A DNA stretch of 64,000 bases from positions 63,530 through 127,529 of the IMG/VR virus record IMGVR_UViG_3300050821_016647, one strand, 5' to 3'. The stretch comes from a virus. This document shows positions 7,954 through 17,393 of the stretch, in pieces. Each line of letters opens with the position of its first letter. The stretch's first letter is position 1. A model generated the notes under the pieces. It did no database searches and was not told the origin of the DNA. It worked only from the letters and a program-made list of their open reading frames with translations. A program made the translations under genes and the position numbers.

Positions 7954-9152
7954 GCGCCCGCTTGCGCCTGCGCGCCGTTCTTGACCTCGGCGAGCTTCGC
8001 CGTGAGCGCCTCCTCGACCTGGAGAAGGAGCTTGAGGTCTTTGCCAGCGTTGGTGACATTCTCCTTGGCGCGCTCCTCGTAAGGCGTCCCTTTAGCGAGC
8101 TGGAAGATGCGGAGCTCGATCGCCTCTGGACTCTGACGAGGTGGTTCGGTCGCAGGAGGCATCTGTGCCGGAGCTGTCGCTGCTGGCGCGGTCGTGGCTG
8201 TTGGCACCGTTTCCGGATAGCCAGGAGGGAAGTTGCCGGTCTGTGTCGCCGGCACGACCTGTGGAGGTGACGGAGCGTTGATGGCCGCGGTGAGGTTGGT
8301 CTCGAGCTCCAACAGCGCGCTGAGGTCGTCTCCGGCCGCTTCGAGGTAGCCCTTCGCCTTGCTCTCGAATGACGTACCAGCAGCGAGCTTTAGGATCTTG
8401 GCCTTCACCGCATCGCTGGACTGGCGGTGCTTTGCGATACCTTCGGCGACAGCGGGCCAGGAGAGAGGAAGTTTCGGGTCGAGCGAGAAGCGGTTCTTGG
8501 CCTCGAATCCGCTACCACGAGTCGTGAACAGGAACCTGTCCCCGGTTACGATAACTCGCTGTTCGTCTTTCTTGTTGACGAGCGCGCTATCGAACGCCGC
8601 GAAGAGGACCGTATCGGCCCATCGCTGCGTGAGGGCCCAGCTCTTCTTCCCGAGCTGGGAAGTGAACTGGTCGTAGGCGCCGAGCTGCGGGTCCTGCGCC
8701 TGACGGATGATGGCGTGCCCGAGCAGGCATACGAGCATCCCGTTCTTTCGCGCTACGTCGAGCTCTGCGAGCAGAAGCTTCCATTCCTGCGCGACCGCAT
8801 TGTAGCCCGCGCCGAAATCGAAGTCGGCGAGGCTCTTCTTGCCGGTCTGGTGGAGAATGTGCTCGATCGCCTGCTCCTCGAGCGGATCGACCGTGTCCAA
8901 TACCAAGCTCTTGTAGCCCATTGGGTCAGCCGCGACCGCGCGAATGAGCGCCATCGACTCCGCCCACGTCTTGGGTCCCGGAATCCGGTCCACGTTTACG
9001 TCGTCGACACCGTGATCGTAGTCGATGAACACCGGCTTCGGAAGCTTACTCCCGAACGTGCTCTTGCCGACACCTGCACCCGCATAGACCATAACGCGCG
9101 GCTGCATGATTTTCTGTTCACCGCCTTTGACGACCTGCTGATTCCAACTCAT
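7950..9152 (-). CDS. AAA_24 / Sak4-like ssDNA-annealing ATPase
   Basis: YAGAGVGKST Walker A, LVLDTVD Walker B, AKNRF motif; duplicated C-terminal domain. Confidence 0.85.
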   Translation of the reverse strand: MSWNQQVVKGGEQKIMQPRVMVYAGAGVGKSTFGSKLPKPVFIDYDHGVDDVNVDRIPGPKTWAESMALIRAVAADPMGYKSLVLDTVDPLEEQAIEHILHQTGKKSLADFDFGAGYNAVAQEWKLLLAELDVARKNGMLVCLLGHAIIRQAQDPQLGAYDQFTSQLGKKSWALTQRWADTVLFAAFDSALVNKKDEQRVIVTGDRFLFTTRGSGFEAKNRFSLDPKLPLSWPAVAEGIAKHRQSSDAVKAKILKLAAGTSFESKAKGYLEAAGDDLSALLELETNLTAAINAPSPPQVVPATQTGNFPPGYPETVPTATTAPAATAPAQMPPATEPPRQSPEAIELRIFQLAKGTPYEERAKENVTNAGKDLKLLLQVEEALTAKLAEVKNGAQAQAGA

Positions 9153-9165
9153 GTCACTCTCCTTG

Positions 9166-10221
9166 TTAGAATGTAAATCTCGACACCGGCTTTTCCGGTT
9201 CCTGCTTCAACTCCGGCTGTTCTGCTTTGTCCCGTTGCCTCGACGACGTCTTGGGCTGATAGAAAATGTCGTCCATCACGTCGACGCCGCTCGAGCAGAC
9301 TGGGTAGAAGTCGCATGCCCGTCCATACTTGAAGCACGAATCCGTATTTCGTGGCGCGTTCTCACCCATCCCTCGAACGACCTGGAGCAAGTGTACGGTG
9401 CCCTTGACGTCCCGAATGTGAGCTTCGTGGTCAGCTTCGAGCCGGACCACGGTTCCGCGCTGGTAGTAGTGCTCCGGCCGCTTGCAGATGTCTTCAAGCA
9501 CCCGCAGCTCAAGCTCGTCGTCGGTCTCGTCGAACTCACGCTGGTTCGCGTAAAGCTTGGACGGCTCGGTTGCAGTCGGCTTCGTGTACTTTCTCTTGTT
9601 AGCCGGCGTCGCGTAAAAGCGATCCGTCTTCGGCTTCAAGAGTACGTCGTATAAGACCTCGACCTCGCCCCAGCCCATCATTCGACTCGCTAGCAAGTAG
9701 CTCGTGACCTGGCTGTCAATGAGAACTACTTTGTTCCAGTATGGACTCCCGAGCGAAATGTCTTCACTGGACGACTTGTGCTCGACAATTGTCTTCTTTC
9801 CGTTCCTGTCTTTTCGTACACCCTTCCCGTCAAATTCTCCGACAACCATAATCGTCGGATCGATCATAATAGAGAATGGTACGTCGGTCTTTTCCATCTC
9901 GACCTGTCGATCGGGGTCACCCCAGTAGGCTCGATAGCCCTTCACGAGCGCACGGTCCTGAGGAGTGAACCCCGAGAGGTCAGGCTTCTCTCCTCGGTGG
10001 TAGGCGCCAATTACCTTGTGAATCTCCGTGCCCTTTCGCAGCGCGATTGCCTTTGGCTTGCGCGGCTCGCGACGCAGAACATACCTGAATCGCCACTCCG
10101 CCGGACAGCGACGGAAACACTGAAGCTCGGAGTGGCTAACGATCTCGACGCCGGCCTTGAGCGCCATGACGATAAAACCCAGCCACCAGATAAAGACGTG
10201 AAAGTGATAGTGGACGATCAC
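9166..10221 (-). CDS. PD-(D/E)XK (Cas4/RecB-like) exonuclease; start may be 10167
   Basis: SHSELQCFRRCP, GEFDG...IVEHKS, QVTSY, C-terminal C......C.FYPVC. Confidence 0.8.
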   Translation of the reverse strand: MIVHYHFHVFIWWLGFIVMALKAGVEIVSHSELQCFRRCPAEWRFRYVLRREPRKPKAIALRKGTEIHKVIGAYHRGEKPDLSGFTPQDRALVKGYRAYWGDPDRQVEMEKTDVPFSIMIDPTIMVVGEFDGKGVRKDRNGKKTIVEHKSSSEDISLGSPYWNKVVLIDSQVTSYLLASRMMGWGEVEVLYDVLLKPKTDRFYATPANKRKYTKPTATEPSKLYANQREFDETDDELELRVLEDICKRPEHYYQRGTVVRLEADHEAHIRDVKGTVHLLQVVRGMGENAPRNTDSCFKYGRACDFYPVCSSGVDVMDDIFYQPKTSSRQRDKAEQPELKQEPEKPVSRFTF

Positions 10222-11123
10222 GGCTCACACCCGTTCTCCCACTCGTGATCCGACAAGTCGCCTTCGGCTTCGATGAGACCGACGCCTACCGGCGCTCGCG
10301 CCACCTCCCTCGCCTCAGCTGCCGTTCGGTTTGCGACGATGCGCGCCGTGTTGGCTGCCATGCGCTTCATGTCCTCGGCGCGGAGCGCGGCTGCTGCTTT
10401 GTAGCGCGCGTACCGGTCTTCGTCGTCGTATACCGCGGCGCCGCTCGCGCGAAGTTTCGCCTTCGTAGCCCACTCCGCGTCGAGCTCGCTTCCGACGCAC
10501 CTTCTGCCGAGTAGCGCGCAAGCGAGTGCGGTCGTGCCGCTCCCTAGAAGGGGGTCGCAGACCAGCTCGCCGGGGTTCGAGAAGAACTCGACGAGGTCCA
10601 AGATCTGATCGAGCGGCTTCTGTGTCTTGTGTTTGAGCTTGCCGCGCATGCAGGTGTGCGCGAGGTGCGTCAGGTTGCCTGGCCCGTTCCAGCTCTTCTT
10701 GCCGCCCTGCGCGCCCCAAGCGATGACGATCATCTCGTGTCCCTGCGGTGGCCGGTCGCCGGACAGCTGCGGCATCGACCACCGTACCCAAGGCACGGCA
10801 CGGATGTACGTTGCGCCCGAATACTCGAGCCGCTCCTTCCAGTCACCGACGCTTTCGGTGTCCGTGTAGATGACGGACCACCGCTTCGTCTTCGCGGCCA
10901 TGACGCAGACCCACTGGCTCAACTCTTCGCTGAGCGGATCGAAGCCGAGGTCGCGATGCGCGGCGCCCTTCATCGCAACCGAGGCCCGCGCGCCAGGAGT
11001 CCCGCATGACGTCGCGGCGTCGTGGACGTGAGCGCTGTATGGAGGATCTACGATCATCACGTCGGGCACGACGTCTGTGAGCACGGTGCGCGCGTCGCCT
11101 TGACGGATGTCGATCGCGCTCAT
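10218..11123 (-). CDS. N6-A/N4-C DNA methyltransferase (beta class)
   Basis: DPPY motif IV, HKTQKP, DPLLGSGTT motif I. Confidence 0.88.
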   Translation of the reverse strand: MSAIDIRQGDARTVLTDVVPDVMIVDPPYSAHVHDAATSCGTPGARASVAMKGAAHRDLGFDPLSEELSQWVCVMAAKTKRWSVIYTDTESVGDWKERLEYSGATYIRAVPWVRWSMPQLSGDRPPQGHEMIVIAWGAQGGKKSWNGPGNLTHLAHTCMRGKLKHKTQKPLDQILDLVEFFSNPGELVCDPLLGSGTTALACALLGRRCVGSELDAEWATKAKLRASGAAVYDDEDRYARYKAAAALRAEDMKRMAANTARIVANRTAAEAREVARAPVGVGLIEAEGDLSDHEWENGCEP

Positions 11124-11620
11124 GGGTGAGGCTCGCCCTGGCCGAAGTCCTTCGGAAACGCAGAAGCTGGTGGCGCCCCAGCTTCCACCATTCGACGATA
11201 AATGAGTTCTGCTTCAGGCACGTCCGTCGGTAGCTCGACGCTGAACTTCTTGTACTTGGCTGCGTCCGTCGACCCAGCGTCATAGAACCACAGCGGATGG
11301 AACTCGCTCGGGTCCTTCATGTTGTCGCCCCACGTCTTCGTGTCCTCGCACTGACATGAACCCGTGCTGCGGTTCCACTCCTTGACGAGCCGAGGCAGGC
11401 AGGTGGCCTCACATCGTGGCGGCAGGTTGAAGTCCGTCTTGTCGCACCGACAAATCCCCATGCCGATCGAGAACTCCTCGACGAGCCGCGGGGAACACAT
11501 CTTCACGCAAGCGACTCGCTTCTCGTCTTCTGTGGTCTTGTCGTGGGCCAAAAACGCGATGACCGTGATGGTCACGAACGTCACGACAAGACCAGCGATG
11601 AGCCACAGCTCTTTCCTCAC
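11120..11620 (-). CDS. membrane-anchored protein with two Cys4 repeats
   Basis: GTG start 11620; N-terminal TM; C..C.PRLV.E.....G.C.C twice. Confidence 0.6.
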   Translation of the reverse strand: MRKELWLIAGLVVTFVTITVIAFLAHDKTTEDEKRVACVKMCSPRLVEEFSIGMGICRCDKTDFNLPPRCEATCLPRLVKEWNRSTGSCQCEDTKTWGDNMKDPSEFHPLWFYDAGSTDAAKYKKFSVELPTDVPEAELIYRRMVEAGAPPASAFPKDFGQGEPHP

Positions 11621-12156
11621 CTGTCCACCTCCCATCCTGGACCGCGAATGGACGCGATGAAATCGCGCCACGGCGAGAACTTCCCTGTCACGCGATTCCA
11701 GAAACCCCACGAGCGACCGTGCTTCGGTCCGGCGATGAACAGCGACCAGCAGTCGTCCTCGATCAGGTCAACGCGGTGGAAGTCGTCACCGTCAATCTTG
11801 TTCCACGTCCACGGATGTACGACACGGCGGCGAACCTGGTCGTGCTCTTTGCGCTCCTCGATGTAGCCACCGACGAGGATGAGCGACCGGGACCACACCC
11901 ACGGGTGGTTGTGCAGGGCCAAGTCCTCATCGCTTCGGTGGAAGTGGTGCAGGTAGACGTGCACGCCGACCGGGAAGACAGCGTCGCGCCTCGGTTCTCC
12001 CGAGGCGTCCATGGGTTCGCTGCCATCAGGCATCCATGGTCGGCCCGTCACATAGTACCTCGAGAGGTACGGGGACGAGCCGGAGCGGTCGAAGATGACT
12101 CGTGGCGGCGCCATCTTGGACGCACACCACTCTACGAGAGTGCGTGTGATCGACAC
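11617..12156 (-). CDS. conserved phage cupin-like protein
   Basis: GTG start with GAGG RBS; YLSRYY, LHHFHRSDED..LHNHPW, FHRVDL, W.LF..GP...WGFW. Confidence 0.7.
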   Translation of the reverse strand: MSITRTLVEWCASKMAPPRVIFDRSGSSPYLSRYYVTGRPWMPDGSEPMDASGEPRRDAVFPVGVHVYLHHFHRSDEDLALHNHPWVWSRSLILVGGYIEERKEHDQVRRRVVHPWTWNKIDGDDFHRVDLIEDDCWSLFIAGPKHGRSWGFWNRVTGKFSPWRDFIASIRGPGWEVDR

Positions 12157-12232
12157 GTGAACCTCACTGACGGACAGACGAGACGGAACAGACGGAGGAA
12201 GACGTCTTGTAATACGCGTGTGCTCAGTGGGC

Positions 12233-12259
12233 AAGAAAATTTTCGGACGAAAATTTCTT
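12233..12259. promoter_or_regulatory. AT-rich near-perfect palindrome in the divergent control region
   Basis: AAGAAAATTTTCG-GA-CGAAAATTTCTT. Confidence 0.45.
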
Positions 12260-12538
12260 CCGAGCGATTCGCGAACGGTTCCGCCGCGGACCATGTGGCG
12301 AACAAAATCGCGGCTGCAAAAAACTTGACCAGTCCGCTTGAGTTAGGGCATCTGTCGTCGTCTTCGCCGTCCTGTTCAGATCGTGGGTGCGCTGGCCCCA
12401 CCTGCGGTCCACGGTCTGAACACGGGGGCGAAGGGAAAGCGGTGGGGCCGCCCATGCGTCTGTCTATTTCTCCGACGGGAAGCCGTCGGAAATGAACTCG
12501 TTGTCGCTTCCGATCGTCCCGTTCCAGGGACATCGTCC

Positions 12539-14803
12539 GTGACAGTCTCCAGGCAACAGCGATACACCAAAGCACGACGGTGCCCCATTTGCGGCGGCGC
12601 CGAACAAGACCCGCGAGAGCAGGGTCGGCGGTGCATTGGTTATTTGAGCGACGACGACGAGTGGGCTCGTTGTTCGCGCGAAGAGTGTGCCGGCAGTCTA
12701 GATCTCGAAGAGGGTAGCGGCTGCTACGTACACAAGCTCTACGGGCTCTGCAAGTGCGGCGAGACCCACAACGAAGCGAAGACCTCGACGCAGAACGTCA
12801 TCGAGGCGACCTACGACTACTACGACGAGGGGGGCGTACTGCTCTACCAGGTCGTCCGCAAGGCCGGAAAGAAGTTCCAGCAGCGCCGACCTGACGGAGC
12901 GGGCGGGTGGGTCTGGAAGGTCGGCAAGGAGGTCCGACGCGTCCTCTATCGGCTGCCCGAGCTGCTCGCGGCCCCCCTCGACGAAACGATCGTCATCGTA
13001 GAGGGCGAAAAAGATGTCGCGACCCTTGTTTCTAGGGGGATCGTCGCCACGACGAACGCTCAAGGCGCAGGCAAATGGAACGGTGTTGCAGACCTCGCAC
13101 GCAAGGTCTTCGCTGGGCGCAAGGTCGTCGTCATCGCCGATGCGGATGAGCCGGGACGAAAACACGCAAAAGAGATTCTTCTGAGCCTTACGGGGATCGC
13201 AGAGTCCATCGAGGCCCTCGAGCCTACCAAGGGAAAAGACGTCACCGATCACATTGCGGCCGGAGGAACGTACGACGAGCTCATTCCCCTCGATACTGGG
13301 GAGAAGAAGCCTGATCCTGAGCTCCCGCAGGGAGGTCCGGCTTCAATTCCTCCACCCGATCTGCTGACCAACGGCGCCATTCCTATGGCTCCGTACAAGT
13401 TCAAAGTCGGAGACCATGCGGAACTAGCCGATCGGCTTCTTTTACTACTTCGTAATGATAATCGAATTGCCATTACCGGTGATGAGCAATCTGTATTTGG
13501 GTATGACCCCGATAGAGGATTGTTCACAAGGATTCAGGAAGAGGAACAGTCGAGAATTATTCAGAGCATGTCCGGGTCTCCAGTGAAGGGGAAGTCTCGT
13601 CCGCTCGGCATTCGGTCGGTCGACGTCAACGGAACGCAGAAGCTGTCCTACGATAAATCCGCTGTTCCTGGCTTCTTTTCAGACGCTCCTGCTGGTCTCG
13701 CCTTCCTCAACGGGTTCGTTGGTTTCTCCGAGGCCGGAGCTGTTCTCGTTCCCCACTCTCCCGACAACAGGGCTCGATTTGGTTACTCGTTTCCGTACGC
13801 GCCGGAAGCGCCGTGCCCCATGTGGCTCAACTTCCTCAGCGAGATTTTCCGCGACGATGACGACCGGGATCAGAAAATCGCCGTGCTTCAGGAGCACATT
13901 GGAGCTTCACTTGCGGGGCTCGCGACGACGTTCCAGCGCTGCATTGTCTGCATCGGTGAGGGTGACGAGGGGAAGAGTACGTTCGCCAAGATCGTCGCGT
14001 CAGCCTTCCCGCCAGGCAGTATCGAGGCCATTCCGCCGCAAGAGTGGGGACAGGAGTACCGTCGAGCTCTCCTCGCAGGCAAGCTCCTGAACACGGTCGC
14101 CGAGCTCCCAGAGAGCGACATCATCTCGAGCGAGTCGTTCAAGGCCGTCGTCTCCGGAGACTCCATCACCGGTCGTCCAATCCGACAGGCACCGTTCACG
14201 TTCAAGCCTCGTGCTGGGCATCTCTTCCTCGCGAATCGCCTCCCGGGGACCCCTGACCAGACTCGAGGGTTCTGGCGTCGGTTCATCGTCATCCGGTTCA
14301 ACCGGTCCTTCACGGGGGACGCTGCGCGCGATCCGCTCATCGCCGAGAAGATCGTCGCCGCCGAACAGGGTAGCCTCGTGTCCTGGGCGCTCCAGGGGGC
14401 GGTACGTCTCATCGCCCAGAAGTCGCACACCCTCCCGGCGAGCCATGAGCGCGAGCTGGCCACGTGGCGCAAGAGCGCCGACCAGGTCGCGGCGTTCATC
14501 GAGGACAAGGTCACCTTCGTTCCGACCCGCGGCACCGCCGGGATGGAGGCGTACGCGGCCTACCGTGACTGGGCCGACGCGAACGGGCATCGAGCCATTT
14601 CGAGCTCGAAGTTCTCTGGACGGCTTCGTGAACTCGGAATTCAGGCAAAAAAGACAGAAATTGCCAACGTTTACCCAATTTGTGTGAGCGGTTGTGCTCG
14701 GGTTCCTTGCGACCTGGCGGTCGAGGCTCTTGGGGTCCGGCTGGAGGCAAACGGGATTCGGTTTCCAGCTGTAACGTCAACTATTTCGAGAACTTACAAC
14801 TGA
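12539..14803 (+). CDS. P4/D5-family primase-helicase (Zn finger + TOPRIM + D5_N + SF3 helicase)
   Basis: CPICGG; IVEGEKDV and IADADEPG TOPRIM motifs; GEGDEGKST Walker A; GFWRRF; start taken at GTG 12539 (AGGGA RBS), ORF open from 12383. Confidence 0.9.
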   Translation: MTVSRQQRYTKARRCPICGGAEQDPREQGRRCIGYLSDDDEWARCSREECAGSLDLEEGSGCYVHKLYGLCKCGETHNEAKTSTQNVIEATYDYYDEGGVLLYQVVRKAGKKFQQRRPDGAGGWVWKVGKEVRRVLYRLPELLAAPLDETIVIVEGEKDVATLVSRGIVATTNAQGAGKWNGVADLARKVFAGRKVVVIADADEPGRKHAKEILLSLTGIAESIEALEPTKGKDVTDHIAAGGTYDELIPLDTGEKKPDPELPQGGPASIPPPDLLTNGAIPMAPYKFKVGDHAELADRLLLLLRNDNRIAITGDEQSVFGYDPDRGLFTRIQEEEQSRIIQSMSGSPVKGKSRPLGIRSVDVNGTQKLSYDKSAVPGFFSDAPAGLAFLNGFVGFSEAGAVLVPHSPDNRARFGYSFPYAPEAPCPMWLNFLSEIFRDDDDRDQKIAVLQEHIGASLAGLATTFQRCIVCIGEGDEGKSTFAKIVASAFPPGSIEAIPPQEWGQEYRRALLAGKLLNTVAELPESDIISSESFKAVVSGDSITGRPIRQAPFTFKPRAGHLFLANRLPGTPDQTRGFWRRFIVIRFNRSFTGDAARDPLIAEKIVAAEQGSLVSWALQGAVRLIAQKSHTLPASHERELATWRKSADQVAAFIEDKVTFVPTRGTAGMEAYAAYRDWADANGHRAISSSKFSGRLRELGIQAKKTEIANVYPICVSGCARVPCDLAVEALGVRLEANGIRFPAVTSTISRTYN

Positions 14804-14980
14804 CTGGAGGCAATGGAGGCATTTCCGGCGAAACTCCTATATGCGCGTGTGCGCGCGCACGTGAAATATGGAACTCTTGTACGGATTTGCCTCCAGCGCC
14901 TCCATTTTGCCGCAACTACTCGTTAGAATTATAAGATCATCCTGGAAGCAAGATCTTCGTGGCCTCCAGCCGCCTCCAGG
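14741..14980. repeat. origin-like cluster of direct and inverted (C)TGGAGGC repeats
   Basis: CTGGAGGCAA at 14741 and 14804, ATGGAGGC 14813, TTGCCTCCAG 14887, CGCCTCCA 14897, GCCTCCAG 14962 and 14972. Confidence 0.55.
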
Positions 14981-15071
14981 AACGCACCTAGATCGTACCG
15001 CCCAGACGTAAAACGGTTGCCTTGTAGCAACATCGAAGATACAACGTAGACCTATTTTAGAGGACCACAAC

Positions 15072-15251
15072 GTGGACACATCGATCCGACTTAGGCTCAC
15101 CCAGGAAGAGAAGAATTTATTCACCGAGGCCGCAAAAAGCTCGGGACGGACCTTGAGTAACTGGATCCGTTGGGTAGCCTCCCAGGCAGCGAACAGAACA
15201 CAACCGCCCCCCGCGGCGACGCCTGGCGCTGAGCTGCGCGAGAAGTTCTGA
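15072..15251 (+). CDS. ribbon-helix-helix (CopG/DUF1778-like) regulator; below ORF-track cutoff
   Basis: GTG start with AGGA RBS; MDTSIRLRLTQEEKNLFTEAAKSSGRTLSNWIRWVA. Confidence 0.75.
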   Translation: MDTSIRLRLTQEEKNLFTEAAKSSGRTLSNWIRWVASQAANRTQPPPAATPGAELREKF

Positions 15252-15703
15252 TGGAGCGAGAGCTCGAGTGGCCCGAGGAACCGGGCGTCTATTTTGTGCA
15301 GGCGGGAGACGAGCTTCGGGTCAAGATCGGGAAGGCGAACAACGTTCGTGCTCGATTGACGCAATTGCAGGACGAGGCGAACCGTCTCGGGGTCGGTTTT
15401 AGACTCCAGCTCCTGCATGTCGTTTCAGGTGGATTACGCGAAGAAAAGTCACTTCATAAGAGGTTTGCAGCGCTTCGAGTAAATCCTCGAAACGAGTGGT
15501 TTTGGCTTCGCGATGAGCTGCTCTCGTTCTTGAATCGGATGATCATGGCGCGCGGGACTTTCGATCTGGTCGTTCACGTCGAGTCAATAAACGTTGCTCT
15601 GTCTGGTCACTACGAAGCTGCTTACATCAATATGGCTAGATTGGGTATCTGGACCAGAGCCTATGTCTGGTTCGCCGAACTAGGACACGAAAATTTCTCA
15701 TGA
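15251..15703 (+). CDS. GIY-YIG family (T5orf172/MUG113-like) nuclease
   Basis: GVYFVQ...VKIGKA....RL..LQ...EKSLHKRF..LR....EWF. Confidence 0.8.
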   Translation: MERELEWPEEPGVYFVQAGDELRVKIGKANNVRARLTQLQDEANRLGVGFRLQLLHVVSGGLREEKSLHKRFAALRVNPRNEWFWLRDELLSFLNRMIMARGTFDLVVHVESINVALSGHYEAAYINMARLGIWTRAYVWFAELGHENFS

Positions 15704-16008
15704 CCTACTCCATCATCCCCATCTTCGGCTTCGACTGGCCCCGGTTCCAGATCAGGACCGACGTCGGCCGCACATTCGGCAAGTTCCTCGACCGCGCCGA
15801 GGCCGACACCTACGTCGCCAAGCTCGAAACCCAGCCGCGCGCTGTGCCGGGGCGAGCTCCAGACCTGGAGATCCGCCTCATGGCGGATGAGGCCGCCGAG
15901 ATGTTGCGACGGAGGAGCTTCGACTGGAAGAGGAAGAAGAACCCGGCGCCAGACCCTCCTAGGCCACCGCCATCGAGCTTCAACGACAACGAGGAGATCC
16001 CCTTCTGA
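15700..16008 (+). CDS. hypothetical protein
   Basis: coupled ORF ending in EEIPF. Confidence 0.55.
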   Translation: MTYSIIPIFGFDWPRFQIRTDVGRTFGKFLDRAEADTYVAKLETQPRAVPGRAPDLEIRLMADEAAEMLRRRSFDWKRKKNPAPDPPRPPPSSFNDNEEIPF

Positions 16009-16628
16009 TGAACGCAGCGTCTGTCACAGCAAGCCTCGGTCTCGGAGTTCTCGTCTTCGGTGCCTACGCGCTCGGTTACCTCGCTCGTGCCCGTCATGTG
16101 ACGACCGCAGCCGAGGCTCGAGTGCGCCGACAGAACGCGCGCGGCGAGAAGACGTTCAAGAGGTGGTGTAAGCGTCACGCAGCGCTCGTAGACGCGCTTG
16201 TAGCGAACGAAGATGGGTGTCCGGACCTTCCGATTCTATTCGGCGGCGTTCTGCACCAAGCCACCGATCGGGAGATCCTCAAGCAGCAGTCGAAGAACGC
16301 GAAGGGTTGGCGCGAGCTCTGGGCTGACGAAGCTACGTACGCACCAAAGAAAGGTGTGACGTGCGGAGTGAGTCCGCGACACCGGATCGGAAAGTACCTT
16401 CGTCCGAACCAACCGGCGCCATACGGCTCTTCGAAGCGCGGGAAGCAGGAGCGTCCGTGGGCAAACGGATTCAACGCTTCGTTGCTCGGACTTTTTACCA
16501 GTCCACCGCGAGAGTCGGAGTTACCGAAGCTGGCTAGTCTCGAACCGGAGCCGATCGATCCGGTAGCAGCTTACACGGCACTCAAGAGTAGCGACATTGT
16601 GCCGCTAGTGCCTGAGGAGAAAAAGTGA
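16008..16628 (+). CDS. hypothetical protein with N-terminal TM
   Basis: hydrophobic residues ~8-26. Confidence 0.55.
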   Translation: MNAASVTASLGLGVLVFGAYALGYLARARHVTTAAEARVRRQNARGEKTFKRWCKRHAALVDALVANEDGCPDLPILFGGVLHQATDREILKQQSKNAKGWRELWADEATYAPKKGVTCGVSPRHRIGKYLRPNQPAPYGSSKRGKQERPWANGFNASLLGLFTSPPRESELPKLASLEPEPIDPVAAYTALKSSDIVPLVPEEKK

Positions 16629-17143
16629 CTACTGAATACGCCGCGCTCGCCCTCAAGGCCAGAGAGTTCGCCAAGAGCATGCACGCGAATCAAAAGTACG
16701 GGACCGAGCCCTACGTGGTTCATCTTGAGCTCGTTCGCACCATCTTGTTGGAGTCGCACTACGAGCGTATCTACGAGGTCGCCGCGTGGCTCCACGACAT
16801 GCTCGAAGACACGCACGTGACCGTCGAGCTCATGAATGCGCTGTTCGGAGCGCAGGTCACCACGCTCGTCTGGGCTGTGACCGGGACAGGGGGTAACCGC
16901 AAGGAGCGAAACGAGAGCATCTACGAGAAGCTCGCGATCGTGCCGGCGGCCATCCCGCTCAAGCTCGCCGACCGCATCGCGAACGTCACCTGCGCAAGAG
17001 AGGACGCGAAGACGTCCCTCTTTACGATGTACCGTGATGAGCACGCGGAGTTCGTGAAGCGCCTTGCTCCGTACTCGCTCGGTTGCACGATGTGGGAGCG
17101 GCTCCAATCGGAGATCACCGCTCACGGAAGGATTTCTCTCTGA
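16625..17143 (+). CDS. HD-domain hydrolase, RelA/SpoT (Mesh1-like) family
   Basis: H..QKY..EPYVVH, AAWLHDMLEDT, LKLADRIAN. Confidence 0.85.
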   Translation: MTTEYAALALKAREFAKSMHANQKYGTEPYVVHLELVRTILLESHYERIYEVAAWLHDMLEDTHVTVELMNALFGAQVTTLVWAVTGTGGNRKERNESIYEKLAIVPAAIPLKLADRIANVTCAREDAKTSLFTMYRDEHAEFVKRLAPYSLGCTMWERLQSEITAHGRISL

Positions 17144-17162
17144 TGCCCAGCGGACCACGACG

Positions 17163-17393
17163 ATGAAGACGGTCCATGCCGGCTCCGGCTTCTACGTTCC
17201 CGACGGGACGATGTGCCCGCTTGGGTGTGATATGCCGTTTCACATCGGGACGCGCTATTACAATCTCGAGGGCGGCGGCAAGTCGAGTATTGGGTGCACG
17301 GGGTTCGCTAAGTACCAAGCCGTGACCTACTTGCAGACGGAGCGGCTCATCGCGGCGTTGAACTCGTTCAGAAAACGTGTGGAGAGAAAATGA
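17163..17393 (+). CDS. hypothetical protein
   Basis: start MKTVHAG; coupled to the deaminase. Confidence 0.5.
   Translation: MKTVHAGSGFYVPDGTMCPLGCDMPFHIGTRYYNLEGGGKSSIGCTGFAKYQAVTYLQTERLIAALNSFRKRVERK

Noticed and set aside
9166-10221. Cas4 as part of a CRISPR system
   Set aside because: Sits in a Sak4-SSB-helicase recombination module with no array or other cas genes.
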